Positions 25,917 to 35,186 are shown, numbered from the stretch's first letter. The stretch: DNA of 36,763 nucleotides from a virus (IMGVR_UViG_3300027734_000164:1-36763); one strand, 5' to 3'. The notes: generated by a model not told the origin, from the sequence alone. Program-made: numbers and translations.

Positions 25917-26207
25917 TTAGCTCCCGATGGCTAGGACTAGGCCAGTATGCAACTGGAACGAGGACACATCACCCGGTAAATAACTTCCAGCGGGGATGGT
26001 TGTAGCGGAGCCGATGGTCGTGCTTGCAAAGCCACTCATTCCAGTAACAGACGATGTGAGGCCATAGAAACGAGTATCAGTCACGGCAACAAGGCCAGCA
26101 AATGAACCAGTGGTAGCACTTGCAGTAGTTGAGCTATACCTGCTTCCAGGTCTGGATGCATGAGAAAGTTGAGAATAGTAGGCAACTGAAGTTGTTGGGT
26201 CTGGCAT
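25917..26207 (-). CDS. Small S/T-rich putative virion protein
   Basis: 96 aa; TIPAGSYLPG...LHTGLVLA. Confidence 0.6.
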   Translation of the reverse strand: MPDPTTSVAYYSQLSHASRPGSRYSSTTASATTGSFAGLVAVTDTRFYGLTSSVTGMSGFASTTIGSATTIPAGSYLPGDVSSFQLHTGLVLAIGS

Positions 26208-26227
26208 AATAATGTTATGGTGCTGTC

Positions 26228-26270
26228 AAAAAAGTAGGGGCTGGAAGGTTTTATCCCTCCAGCCCCCACT
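26228..26270 (-). terminator. Rho-independent terminator after the major capsid gene
   Basis: AGTGGGGGCTGGAGGG / CCTTCCAGCCCCTACT stem followed by a T tract. Confidence 0.9.
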
Positions 26271-26292
26271 AGGAACACACCAACAGCAGTTT

Positions 26293-27258
26293 TTAGGCGA
26301 AGCTTGTGGTGATGCGGACGGCCGCATTAGCATCAATCAGTTTCTCACTGGTGTTCATGCGAACACGGAGAACGTTGCTACGGCGGGCTTCATCACGATA
26401 GCTTTCAGAAACAAAACCACCAGGGGCATCAGCCGACCACACCAGGGTGCGACCAATTCCACCAGCAGTGAACTGACCACTCTGCACATTGGCAACAATG
26501 ATCTGCGTGTTGGGAACAATGAACCCACCAGAGTAGCTCTTGTTCTTGTTAGCAGAGTTGATTGCGGCCCGACCAACCAAAACCCGCTCCACCCCAAGGG
26601 CGGCGGCAATTTCGGCTTCACTCAGCAGACGGCCCTTGGTGTCAGAAACAACACCAAAGAACTGGTTCTGGAGTTTAGTTGTGCGGCGGATACGCTCAAA
26701 CACAGGGGCAGACATGATGATCGTGTTGGCTTCATAACCAAGTTTATTCAACTCAGTGCGAGCACCAGCAACGTCACCAGCTACATCAATGTTGGAAAGA
26801 TTCGCATTGGTGTAGGCAGAGATTGCACTCTGGTCAGCAGTTGTGAATGGGGTAGTTCCAGCAAACAGAATATCGCTTACACGCTTCTCATGGCCAAGTT
26901 TAATTTGGCGAAGGAGGAAGCGGGCAGACGATGCTTCGAGATCAAAAAACCTGTCAGCATCTGCGCGGAAACCATCATCAATTAGCTCTTCGAGGCCATA
27001 TTCGATCGTGTCGTAGGTGTCAGTGCCAAATGCACGAACAGCACGAGCGTAATCAGAAGCGGCCGCGCGGGGCTTAGAATCATTGTTCAACAGATCAGCC
27101 TGGGCAAGCTGAACTTTGAGATATTGTCCGCTCTTGGCAGGGACGGGAAGCAAAGGAAGAACCTCTGCTCCGATCAAGCCAGTCTCGGTGTTGGGAGCCT
27201 CGATCAACGCCTGGTTGATATCGGCCCGAATGGTTGTGCCACCAGAAATAAAACTCAT
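26293..27258 (-). CDS. Major capsid protein (HK97 fold)
   Basis: 321 aa, after protease and cement genes; ANTIIMS, LGVERVLVG; distinct codon usage; followed by a terminator. Confidence 0.88.
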   Translation of the reverse strand: MSFISGGTTIRADINQALIEAPNTETGLIGAEVLPLLPVPAKSGQYLKVQLAQADLLNNDSKPRAAASDYARAVRAFGTDTYDTIEYGLEELIDDGFRADADRFFDLEASSARFLLRQIKLGHEKRVSDILFAGTTPFTTADQSAISAYTNANLSNIDVAGDVAGARTELNKLGYEANTIIMSAPVFERIRRTTKLQNQFFGVVSDTKGRLLSEAEIAAALGVERVLVGRAAINSANKNKSYSGGFIVPNTQIIVANVQSGQFTAGGIGRTLVWSADAPGGFVSESYRDEARRSNVLRVRMNTSEKLIDANAAVRITTSFA

Positions 27259-27286
27259 TGTATTATTATTCTTTCTTGGTTATGGG

Positions 27287-27649
27287 TTAGAACATTGGCA
27301 CTGCAATTTCAATCACAGCAGAAGTCGCAGTAGCGGCTTCCAGGGCGATTCCAGCAGTAACAAGGTTTGCCGCTAGAGTGGTAACTTGGCCAGCGGCATC
27401 GAATTTCATCACATCACCCACAGCGGCCACGCCACTCACGGTTGCGAAGAAGGTAGGATGGAACAGCTTCACGGTCACATAACCATTAGCCGCCACATCT
27501 TCAAGGGTTGAACCAATAGCTTTGGTCGCACCAGTTACAGCCACATCAACGCCACCAGCAGTGACGGTAGAAGGCTGAACCATGCGATAAGCAGAGATAG
27601 CGGACGATGTTGAGAAAGTCCGATACCCATTATCAATTTGCGTGCTCAT
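27287..27649 (-). CDS. Capsid cement/decoration protein (DUF2190-like)
   Basis: AAVGDVMKFDAAGQV...GIALEAATATSAVIEI. Confidence 0.8.
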   Translation of the reverse strand: MSTQIDNGYRTFSTSSAISAYRMVQPSTVTAGGVDVAVTGATKAIGSTLEDVAANGYVTVKLFHPTFFATVSGVAAVGDVMKFDAAGQVTTLAANLVTAGIALEAATATSAVIEIAVPMF

Positions 27650-27666
27650 TTCTATTTATCCTTTTG

Positions 27667-28092
27667 TTAGATGTTCTTAATGCCGCGGCTAAGAGCCTCA
27701 GCATATTCTTTTGGGTTGGAAAGCATGACGGCCTTCATGGCCTTCAGCTTCGAAGTCTTGTATTCCGAATGACCAGAAACAAGCTCTTCAAAGTTCTTTG
27801 GCTCCTCTTTCTTTTCAAGGGCAACCTCAACAGCAGGAGACGCAGGAATGGGCTTGATGCCAAACTGGGTAAGAACTTTCTTCACCACTTCACTCATTGC
27901 CTCTTCTTGCTTTTCCTCTTCAACAGATTCACCTTCAGCTTTTGCGCCATCTGCAACTGCCTTATCTTCCACAACAGCTTGCTCATCCACAGGCACTTCA
28001 GCCATCTTTTCATTTTTGGGTTTCATCGAATCTTCAATGGCCGCTAGGCGAACCTTGATATCCTCGATATCTTTAGAATAATTGTTTTCCAT
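27667..28092 (-). CDS. Nested in-frame scaffolding protein (Nu3-like, 141 aa)
   Basis: TTGACA-AAAGAAGGAGAAACA-ATG at internal MENNYSK. Confidence 0.7.
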   Translation of the reverse strand: MENNYSKDIEDIKVRLAAIEDSMKPKNEKMAEVPVDEQAVVEDKAVADGAKAEGESVEEEKQEEAMSEVVKKVLTQFGIKPIPASPAVEVALEKKEEPKNFEELVSGHSEYKTSKLKAMKAVMLSNPKEYAEALSRGIKNI

Positions 28093-28854
28093 TGTTTCTC
28101 CTTCTTTTGTCAAACCATCACCTTCAACAACTGCATTGGGCAGATCGACGGGGATTGGCTTACCTCCGGCCATATAGCCGAGTTTCTTTTCTGCTTTTAC
28201 GCAAGAACCAGATTCATAGGGCTTAACTCCCTTTGCTGGCTTATAACCATCCCAGCATCTAAATTCTTTAACCTTTTCCATAAACTTGACTATTTCCTCA
28301 AACAATCCATTAGTTGCCGCAGGGCTGGAAACCAGGTCAGCAGAGGCAATGCTCTGGGGTCTGATATAGTCCTTGCCATTGATTGACTCACTCTCATTCA
28401 CAAATGCCAGGGAGATTCCAAACTGGTCTGGAGCCTCATCTGCCATCTCTTTAATCAATCCATAATGTTGGCTACTCTTCAAAAGCTTTAGGTCTGCAAC
28501 TAGTTTATTGCCATCAATCCTGGCATTCTTTGCAAAGCCAACGACTGCGTCCAATCCAGAACCGTGGTTCATCTTAACCTTAACCCCATTGGGAGCCTTG
28601 TTCATTATCTCCATAGCCTTCTCAAGGCTTACCTTGTCCACAAATAAATCGTGCCCCTTGGCCTCGCCAATCTCTAGAATGCTTACCCCGCCAAAATCAC
28701 CAGACTCCATTTCCTCTTCATCCCTGTAAGTGCTGTAGGCCACGGCCGCCCTTTGAGTCTCATCTGGGAACTTGCTTATTGCTTCCTCATCTCCCATGAA
28801 TCGAGAAACAAAGTCCTGTTCGGACTCATCACCACTAGGTAGGGGCAGGGGCAT
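27667..28854 (-). CDS. Prohead protease fused to scaffold
   Basis: GEAKGHDLFVD, KMNH, FGISL, SADLVSSPAATNGLF; acidic helical C-terminus; start moved to MPLPLP. Confidence 0.8.
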   Translation of the reverse strand: MPLPLPSGDESEQDFVSRFMGDEEAISKFPDETQRAAVAYSTYRDEEEMESGDFGGVSILEIGEAKGHDLFVDKVSLEKAMEIMNKAPNGVKVKMNHGSGLDAVVGFAKNARIDGNKLVADLKLLKSSQHYGLIKEMADEAPDQFGISLAFVNESESINGKDYIRPQSIASADLVSSPAATNGLFEEIVKFMEKVKEFRCWDGYKPAKGVKPYESGSCVKAEKKLGYMAGGKPIPVDLPNAVVEGDGLTKEGETMENNYSKDIEDIKVRLAAIEDSMKPKNEKMAEVPVDEQAVVEDKAVADGAKAEGESVEEEKQEEAMSEVVKKVLTQFGIKPIPASPAVEVALEKKEEPKNFEELVSGHSEYKTSKLKAMKAVMLSNPKEYAEALSRGIKNI

Positions 28855-28884
28855 AAAAGCCCACATTATGTCAAAGCCCAAAGC

Positions 28885-29145
28885 CTAATAGACTGCGTCT
28901 TCTTTTGCTTTTTCTTCTTCTGTATCTGATACTTCTACTATTTCTGCCCCATACTTATCTAACTGCATTGCTAGGTATTTACCAAAGAAGCCATCTGACG
29001 GCCCATAATTTTTAATAGCCCGATCATATACTGAGTTTATAAGCTTAATAATTTGATCATATTTAGAATCAATTGAAATACCCTCATCATCTATGGTTAT
29101 CAATGTTTTCTCATCATCATAAAAAATAGCAAAAATTTTGATCAT
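28885..29145 (-). CDS. Small acidic protein, candidate immunity partner
   Basis: 86 aa, AT-rich, 8 nt after the peptidase-bearing portal gene. Confidence 0.6.
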   Translation of the reverse strand: MIKIFAIFYDDEKTLITIDDEGISIDSKYDQIIKLINSVYDRAIKNYGPSDGFFGKYLAMQLDKYGAEIVEVSDTEEEKAKEDAVY

Positions 29146-29153
29146 AATAGTTA

Positions 29154-32100
29154 TTATTCTATTCCCCTTGTTTTCTTTAGCAATCTTCCAGTTGCAATTC
29201 CAGTAACTAGATCAAACCACTCTGGATCAACCTTGGCAAACTTTGCTGGGTTCCTGTGAAGCAATTCCATTCCCATGGAATAAACTTCTGTTGCTCCAAT
29301 ATACTTTGAACTTGCTCCAAATGGTTGATCATCATATCTCTTGCCAGTATAATATGCACGGTTATTTGTATCAAATTCTGGAAAAAGTTCTGCGTGAGCC
29401 TTTCCAAATCCATCTGCTGAACCCTTCTCATATCTTTTGTAGCCGTAGCCTGGCATTGTCTTTTGGAACTTTTGAATCTTTTCACCAGCAGTTCTCTTAT
29501 TAAGAAATTCCGTGCAAAGGTCTTTTGCTTCTGCATTTCCATCTTCAATTTGATGCCCATATTCATGCATATAGGTTTTTGTCGGTGTCTCTATACTAAC
29601 CCTTATTCCACCACCTGTTGAATTTCTTGTTCCATCTACAAACTGCACTATTGTTGCAGTTGAATCTGCTCTTTTCTCATTCCAATATGTAACCGGTCTT
29701 GTTAGTGATTCAGTGTGAATGTTTGGATTGCATATCTCTCTTAGTGCTCCTTGTGCCTCATCTCTTCTTTCCTTAACATATTGAATGGTGCTATCTTTTA
29801 TAGATTTACGATCATTAACAATTGCTGATTGTTGTTTTTCTTTTAGCTCTTGAGTTGCCTTTGCTAATTGCTCTGGTGAGAATCCATCCTGTTTATTTAC
29901 GGCCAGCATATCTTTTTTGATTTCAGAAAATCCAATTTGCCTGGCTTTTTCGTTTTCTGTTTTTATTTTCTTTTCTTGCTCTTCAATGTTTTGCTCTAGT
30001 TTGTTAATTTTTGCGTATTCAACATCTAGGGTTTTTTGTGTTTCAAGATAATTCTTTACATCTTTTGCTTCTCTATATTGCACGGCCTTGTCTCTTAGGG
30101 GTCTTGCTTTTGCCCTAAGTTCCTCTAATTGTTTTTGTGATTCAGTAATATTATTTTTTGCAGAATCTATTTCTTTTAGTGTATCTTCTGACTTCTTGAT
30201 AACTGCTTGTCTTACTGAATCAAGTTCCTTTTGATTGCCTTTAATGGCTGATTCGAGAGATGCCCTTTCCTTGCTGTCATAGTCCTTTTTTGAGTTTGGA
30301 AATTTAGACTTCTTTTCATCTGTTGGCTTTTTCCCACCAGGTGGAGGAAGTGGTGGTGGGGGTGGTGGAAGTGGTGGCTTAGGCTTTGTTCCTGTTGGTG
30401 TTGGCTTTACTGGTGTTGGCTTAACTGGCTTGGGTGGAATCTTTCCACCTGGGCGTTTTGGCTTATAGCCACCAACAAGTTTTGGCCTTCCATAGCCATT
30501 TGCACAGCTATTCTCATCATCAAAAGTTCCATCATCCTTCATTCCACACGGGTTAAGATTTGCTTCTGCAACAAATTCTGTTGTCTCTTGTGGCTCTGAA
30601 AGGTTCTTGTCCCTTGACTCCATCTGGCCAACCACTTTCTTTGCCCAGGAATAGCCAGCATCACCACCCCATCCATTCCAGGCTTGCCAGCCCTTGCCCT
30701 GCTCATCCCAGGTTTCACCCTTCTTATCGACTTCATGGCGATCAAAGAATGCCTTCATTCTGCGGATTGTATCTGGGGAGAACTTGACCCCATTGATCAA
30801 ATCCCGCGCCCTGGCTATGCCTACAGCTGTCATTCCCTTTTGGCTGGCTGATTTCCCTTCCCTTACATCCAAAGCCCTTTTAGCGGCCTCACTGGCTCCC
30901 TGTGGTGGGGTAAAATCAATACCATCATACTTGCCTAACTCAATCCCACCCATCATCCCAGCAATGAGCATTTTAAGCTCTTGCTTGTTTAGGCTAGCTA
31001 GTGCTTGTTGAGTTTCTTTTTTTTTATCTGTAATTGGCCCGCCAACAATCCAGGCATCGCAGGTTCTTTTAGCCGCACATTTGAAATCAAAAATTTCACA
31101 ATATCCAAGGTCTCCACCAAGTGCCACCTCATTTGCATCTTCACCAATTCCATTTTTAATGCAACCCAGTAGCTTGCTGGTCTGATTGAATGCGGCGCAA
31201 TTACCACAAAGCATTTTCTTTGCTGTTGCAACATCACCCTGGAACTCATTGGCCTTTGCCTCCCAGTAGTCCTCATTTGGTTCATTTGGATTGGCTGGCC
31301 CGTAGTTAGCTTTATCAACTGCTGTCTGTCTGTTCTCTAAATTAAGCTTTATATCTTGAGTTGGTAGTGGGCATTTTAATTCTTCCAGGCCTGTTGGAGG
31401 AACTGGGGCTTTTGGTATTTCTGGAACTGGAGCTCCTCCCTGGCCTTCATCCTTTTGACCATCCTGGGCGGCTTGTTTTTCTTTTTCTGTGGTTGGAATG
31501 ATTTTTCCAGACTGCACACCAGCAACAATTCCGATGGCCTGTTCCCTTGAAATAGTTGGGAATGCGGCTGTGATAACTGAAACTGCACCCTCCTTGGACA
31601 ATGCACCAGCCGCAACTGCATTGATAACATTGATAAGAGAGGCAACCTGGGCTCCATTGAGGCTCTGGCCAATAACATCCTCTTGCCCTGCCACTGGCTG
31701 ACCATCTTGGGTTGTTTGCCCTGGTTGGCCTTGTTGCACTGGCTGGCCTGTAGGAAGCAGAATTTCAGAAACTGCCTGGGCTGGAACTCCATATTCCTTT
31801 GCCAGGTCTTGAATCATCTTGGTCTCAATGGCTCTTGCCCTAAAGGCGGCCTCAACATCCATACCCCTTTCGGAGTAAATATCTGAAGCAGTTCTCAGTC
31901 CAGCCTTGAACTCTGCAATAGCTGATGCCGACTCCCGTCCAAGGTCGATAGATACATTGGCTCCAAAGTTAAAAAAGCCCTTGGTTGTTTTGGCTCCATT
32001 CCCACTGATCATTCCCCTGGCTACAGCATCAGCAATAACAATGTTCTTGATTGGGCTAAGAACCTTATCATTGAGAAGCTTCTGGTATCTGTTGAAGGTT

Positions 32101-33191
32101 CTTCCAGCCTGTTGCATTTCAAGCCTGGCTGTGGGGCCGGACATGGCAGATGGGTCGACAGCAAAGGAGTATGGGATTCCAAGTCCCATGCAAATGTTTC
32201 TCAGCAAAATTTTATGGAACTCTGCAAAGGCTCCACTGGGTCTGCTGGGGCCGTCTGGGAAAATAATGTCCTCTCCAGGCTCAAGATAACTAACCTTTCC
32301 AGATTCCATTGATTCCAACTTAATTTGTTGATTATCAAAGTTTTCTTCTGTGGTTAATGCACTAAGGTCAGAGGCATTGTTGTTCGACCTCTTCACAACT
32401 GCGCTCTGTGAACTGGCAACCTTTGCGGCCAGTTTTTCAAAGTTCACAATGTCATAAATATCAGTGGCATCATTGATGGCTGTATGAAAAGCAGACACAC
32501 CTCTGTATTGGTCAATCCTAAGTGGGTCAAAGTAGTGGAATGCCTGGCTTGCTGGAATAGTTGCCTGGTATGTATAAAAATCTCCAATGCTACGATTATA
32601 AATATCATAAGCAGTAGGAGCACCAGTTCCCCTATCAATGTGAATACCGCCAATAAGCTCCAAGCTTGTATAAGTTTTGTAAGGGTCGCCGAGTCTATCA
32701 GATTCAATTCCCTGGAGCCTCAAGTCTCCATCTTTATCTCTGACCAATACAAAAAGAAAATCTCCATCTCGGAGCATGGACATGGTTGCAACCTGCATAA
32801 GGGTTGAGCCTGTATGTCTGGTTGATAGGTCACAATTCTCAAACCACTGATTCCAATAGGCTTCAATTTCAGTATTTACCTTGGGCTTATCTGTCCTGGC
32901 CTGGTATGTGATATTTGATGCAACATGGCTTGCAAACTTCATCAAGATGGAGCGAACAAGGCCATTGTTTTCAGCCAGGTCTCTTGCCCTCTTCATCAGT
33001 TCTACACGATCATAATTTGATCTATAGTCCTCTGCACCAGATAGATTGCTCGGCCCACGCCTTTCCCTGGTGTATTTTACTGCATCATATTCAAACTTTG
33101 TAAGGGCTTTTTTAGCCATCAGCCTTTGAACCCCTGCCTGGGGATTTACAAACGAAACAAGCTTGTCCAGGAATGTCTGCTTAAGCTTCAT
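29154..33191 (-). CDS. Lambda-family portal protein with about 865-aa multi-domain extension ending in a zincin peptidase
   Basis: RARDLAENN, LRDGD, RIDQYRGVS, LEPGEDI portal motifs in the first about 480 aa; HEYGH and ATEVYSMG near the C-terminus. Confidence 0.9.
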   Translation of the reverse strand: MKLKQTFLDKLVSFVNPQAGVQRLMAKKALTKFEYDAVKYTRERRGPSNLSGAEDYRSNYDRVELMKRARDLAENNGLVRSILMKFASHVASNITYQARTDKPKVNTEIEAYWNQWFENCDLSTRHTGSTLMQVATMSMLRDGDFLFVLVRDKDGDLRLQGIESDRLGDPYKTYTSLELIGGIHIDRGTGAPTAYDIYNRSIGDFYTYQATIPASQAFHYFDPLRIDQYRGVSAFHTAINDATDIYDIVNFEKLAAKVASSQSAVVKRSNNNASDLSALTTEENFDNQQIKLESMESGKVSYLEPGEDIIFPDGPSRPSGAFAEFHKILLRNICMGLGIPYSFAVDPSAMSGPTARLEMQQAGRTFNRYQKLLNDKVLSPIKNIVIADAVARGMISGNGAKTTKGFFNFGANVSIDLGRESASAIAEFKAGLRTASDIYSERGMDVEAAFRARAIETKMIQDLAKEYGVPAQAVSEILLPTGQPVQQGQPGQTTQDGQPVAGQEDVIGQSLNGAQVASLINVINAVAAGALSKEGAVSVITAAFPTISREQAIGIVAGVQSGKIIPTTEKEKQAAQDGQKDEGQGGAPVPEIPKAPVPPTGLEELKCPLPTQDIKLNLENRQTAVDKANYGPANPNEPNEDYWEAKANEFQGDVATAKKMLCGNCAAFNQTSKLLGCIKNGIGEDANEVALGGDLGYCEIFDFKCAAKRTCDAWIVGGPITDKKKETQQALASLNKQELKMLIAGMMGGIELGKYDGIDFTPPQGASEAAKRALDVREGKSASQKGMTAVGIARARDLINGVKFSPDTIRRMKAFFDRHEVDKKGETWDEQGKGWQAWNGWGGDAGYSWAKKVVGQMESRDKNLSEPQETTEFVAEANLNPCGMKDDGTFDDENSCANGYGRPKLVGGYKPKRPGGKIPPKPVKPTPVKPTPTGTKPKPPLPPPPPPLPPPGGKKPTDEKKSKFPNSKKDYDSKERASLESAIKGNQKELDSVRQAVIKKSEDTLKEIDSAKNNITESQKQLEELRAKARPLRDKAVQYREAKDVKNYLETQKTLDVEYAKINKLEQNIEEQEKKIKTENEKARQIGFSEIKKDMLAVNKQDGFSPEQLAKATQELKEKQQSAIVNDRKSIKDSTIQYVKERRDEAQGALREICNPNIHTESLTRPVTYWNEKRADSTATIVQFVDGTRNSTGGGIRVSIETPTKTYMHEYGHQIEDGNAEAKDLCTEFLNKRTAGEKIQKFQKTMPGYGYKRYEKGSADGFGKAHAELFPEFDTNNRAYYTGKRYDDQPFGASSKYIGATEVYSMGMELLHRNPAKFAKVDPEWFDLVTGIATGRLLKKTRGIE

Positions 33192-33424
33192 GGGCCGAAT
33201 TTTGCATAGGTGGTTCTGATTCTTGTGCCAGATGCAGATTGAATTGCAATAGTCAATTCTGCAATAATCTCTCTCACCTCAGATAGATTGGCTCTGCTGA
33301 ATGATCTTCCAGCAATAGAATAACTTGCACCTGCCACCGCAATTGCCTCCAAGCAAGTAATATACTTATCACGCAGGGAATTTAAGGTGGCAATGGGCAA
33401 ACCAATAAAATCACCCTTCGCCAT
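33188..33424 (-). CDS. Head completion protein (gpW-like)
   Basis: GASYSIAGRSFSRANLSEV; between terL and portal. Confidence 0.85.
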   Translation of the reverse strand: MAKGDFIGLPIATLNSLRDKYITCLEAIAVAGASYSIAGRSFSRANLSEVREIIAELTIAIQSASGTRIRTTYAKFGP

Positions 33425-35186
33425 GTTCAATCTCCTCTGTCAAGCCTGCGGGCATGATCTTCAGCCTCTTATGTAAGGCCGCACCCACAACGGCCATGCA
33501 TTCACAATCAAGTAAGTGGTTATGCTTGCCTATCTGCTTCCACACCCTCCTGGTTCTTCCTGTCATTGGGTTCTTAACCTCAACCTTGGTTTCAGATGAG
33601 ATGTGAACTTTCCAGACTTCTGGTGTGTCCTCTGCAATGAAGCCGTCTGTTTTTAGAAGGTTTGCCAAGATGTCCTTGATTGCTGGGTTTGACCACCTCC
33701 AAACTGGGCAAAGCTTCCATTTCCAGCCTTCCCTAGAGCCAACATTCTTACCACTGAATGGGTCTCCATTTGCAATTCTGGCATAAGGTCTTTGAACTCT
33801 TTGCTCACCCACAATCTCTGAAAAACTTGATCTATCTGAACCAACCAGGGCAATAAAGCCCCATTGGCAACAATGCAAATAAACATCACGAGTCTGGTCA
33901 CCAGAATCAATGAACACTGCTTTAGGCTCAACATTGAACTCATCTGCCTTGGCTTTGATGTCTCCCCAGGTTTCAAGCCTTCCAGCCCATACCAATCTGC
34001 TTTTGCCGTCCATATCCCAAGCCCTCACAACACACCAAGCATGGAAGCCGCCGGCCTCTTGAATATCACAGGCCATGACAAGCTTTTCACCCATGTTCAC
34101 TTCCCCAAGTTTATATTTACCTGGGACAATCTCCACCCTCTCTTGGTCGTGCTCCATCCATGGCTCTGCAAGAACCCTGTTCACAAAGTCCTGTAGCCCT
34201 ATGATTCCACTATGCTTATCTTGTAAGAACTTAACTGCAAGGCTTCCAAAGGTTACCCATGGTGGATATAGGCCATTCAAATGATACGACCTTCTGCCTG
34301 GTTCACCCTTGGGGTTGGTTGGCCTCCACTCACCATCCCTCAGCATCATTGTTTTGTGGCCATCCCTAATTGGCTTCTGGCAGTTTTCACATTCATAATA
34401 GGCTGAATTTTTCACAATCCCAAAATCATAGACACCATCTTCCAGCTTTGCCTTTTCATCCCACTTCACCCTCTCCCAAATAAGTTTTTGTTTGTGGCCG
34501 CAATGGGGGCATGGAACAAAGAAAAACCTCATATCTCCCTTTTGCCACTCTGCCCAGATGATTGAATCTGCTGTGGTTGGTGTGCTGGTAGAAACAACCA
34601 GGTGATTTGGATAGGTTGCAACCCTGGCTTCTGCCAACTGCAATGCCCCAGCTTCTTTTGAGTTTGTGCCGTCAGAAAATTTATCAACCTCATCGAGCAT
34701 CAAAAGTGAAACCGACCTAGAGGAAAGATTGGCTGGGCTGTTTGAGCCCACAAACCAAAGGCTCATCTTTCTGAAGTGCTGTTCGAGTATCTTTATTTTG
34801 TCTGTATTCTCTGGCTTTTCCTTTGCCAGCACAGGGCAATCATCCACCATTGGCAACCACCTGGTTTCAGAGAATGATCTTGCCAGTGCTTCAGATGGCA
34901 TTACCCAAAGTGCTGGGCATGGTTCAACTGCCAGCCTGTAGGAAAGCCCCGCAAGAATTGTGGTTGTCTTGGATGTCTGGGCTCCCCACACCAGGGTAAT
35001 TCTTCTCACAGAATCATTCCCAAAAGCCTCCAGTGGCTCCCTCACATAGGGTGTAAGATTGGTGCTATAGGGGCCGGGTATGTTTGTGATTCTTGGTGAA
35101 AGAACCAGGCTCTGCTCACACCATTCTGAAATTGATAATTGCTTCTTGGGAATCAAGAAGCTCTTCATGAAAGGAACAAGCTTCAT
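33411..35186 (-). CDS. terL: Terminase large subunit, GpA family
   Basis: TPYVREP, GAQTSKTT Walker A, LMLDEVD Walker B, STPT, VPCPHCG, NHLLDC. Confidence 0.96.
   Translation of the reverse strand: MKLVPFMKSFLIPKKQLSISEWCEQSLVLSPRITNIPGPYSTNLTPYVREPLEAFGNDSVRRITLVWGAQTSKTTTILAGLSYRLAVEPCPALWVMPSEALARSFSETRWLPMVDDCPVLAKEKPENTDKIKILEQHFRKMSLWFVGSNSPANLSSRSVSLLMLDEVDKFSDGTNSKEAGALQLAEARVATYPNHLVVSTSTPTTADSIIWAEWQKGDMRFFFVPCPHCGHKQKLIWERVKWDEKAKLEDGVYDFGIVKNSAYYECENCQKPIRDGHKTMMLRDGEWRPTNPKGEPGRRSYHLNGLYPPWVTFGSLAVKFLQDKHSGIIGLQDFVNRVLAEPWMEHDQERVEIVPGKYKLGEVNMGEKLVMACDIQEAGGFHAWCVVRAWDMDGKSRLVWAGRLETWGDIKAKADEFNVEPKAVFIDSGDQTRDVYLHCCQWGFIALVGSDRSSFSEIVGEQRVQRPYARIANGDPFSGKNVGSREGWKWKLCPVWRWSNPAIKDILANLLKTDGFIAEDTPEVWKVHISSETKVEVKNPMTGRTRRVWKQIGKHNHLLDCECMAVVGAALHKRLKIMPAGLTEEIEHGEG

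Noticed and set aside
26212-26985. 257-aa plus-strand ORF
   Set aside because: Antisense to the major capsid gene and explainable by its codon bias; no recognisable motifs
30330-30470. GGT/GGC-rich repeats as a DNA repeat array
   Set aside because: They encode the Pro/Lys linker (PVKPT, PPPPP); no repeat-spacer structure, so not CRISPR
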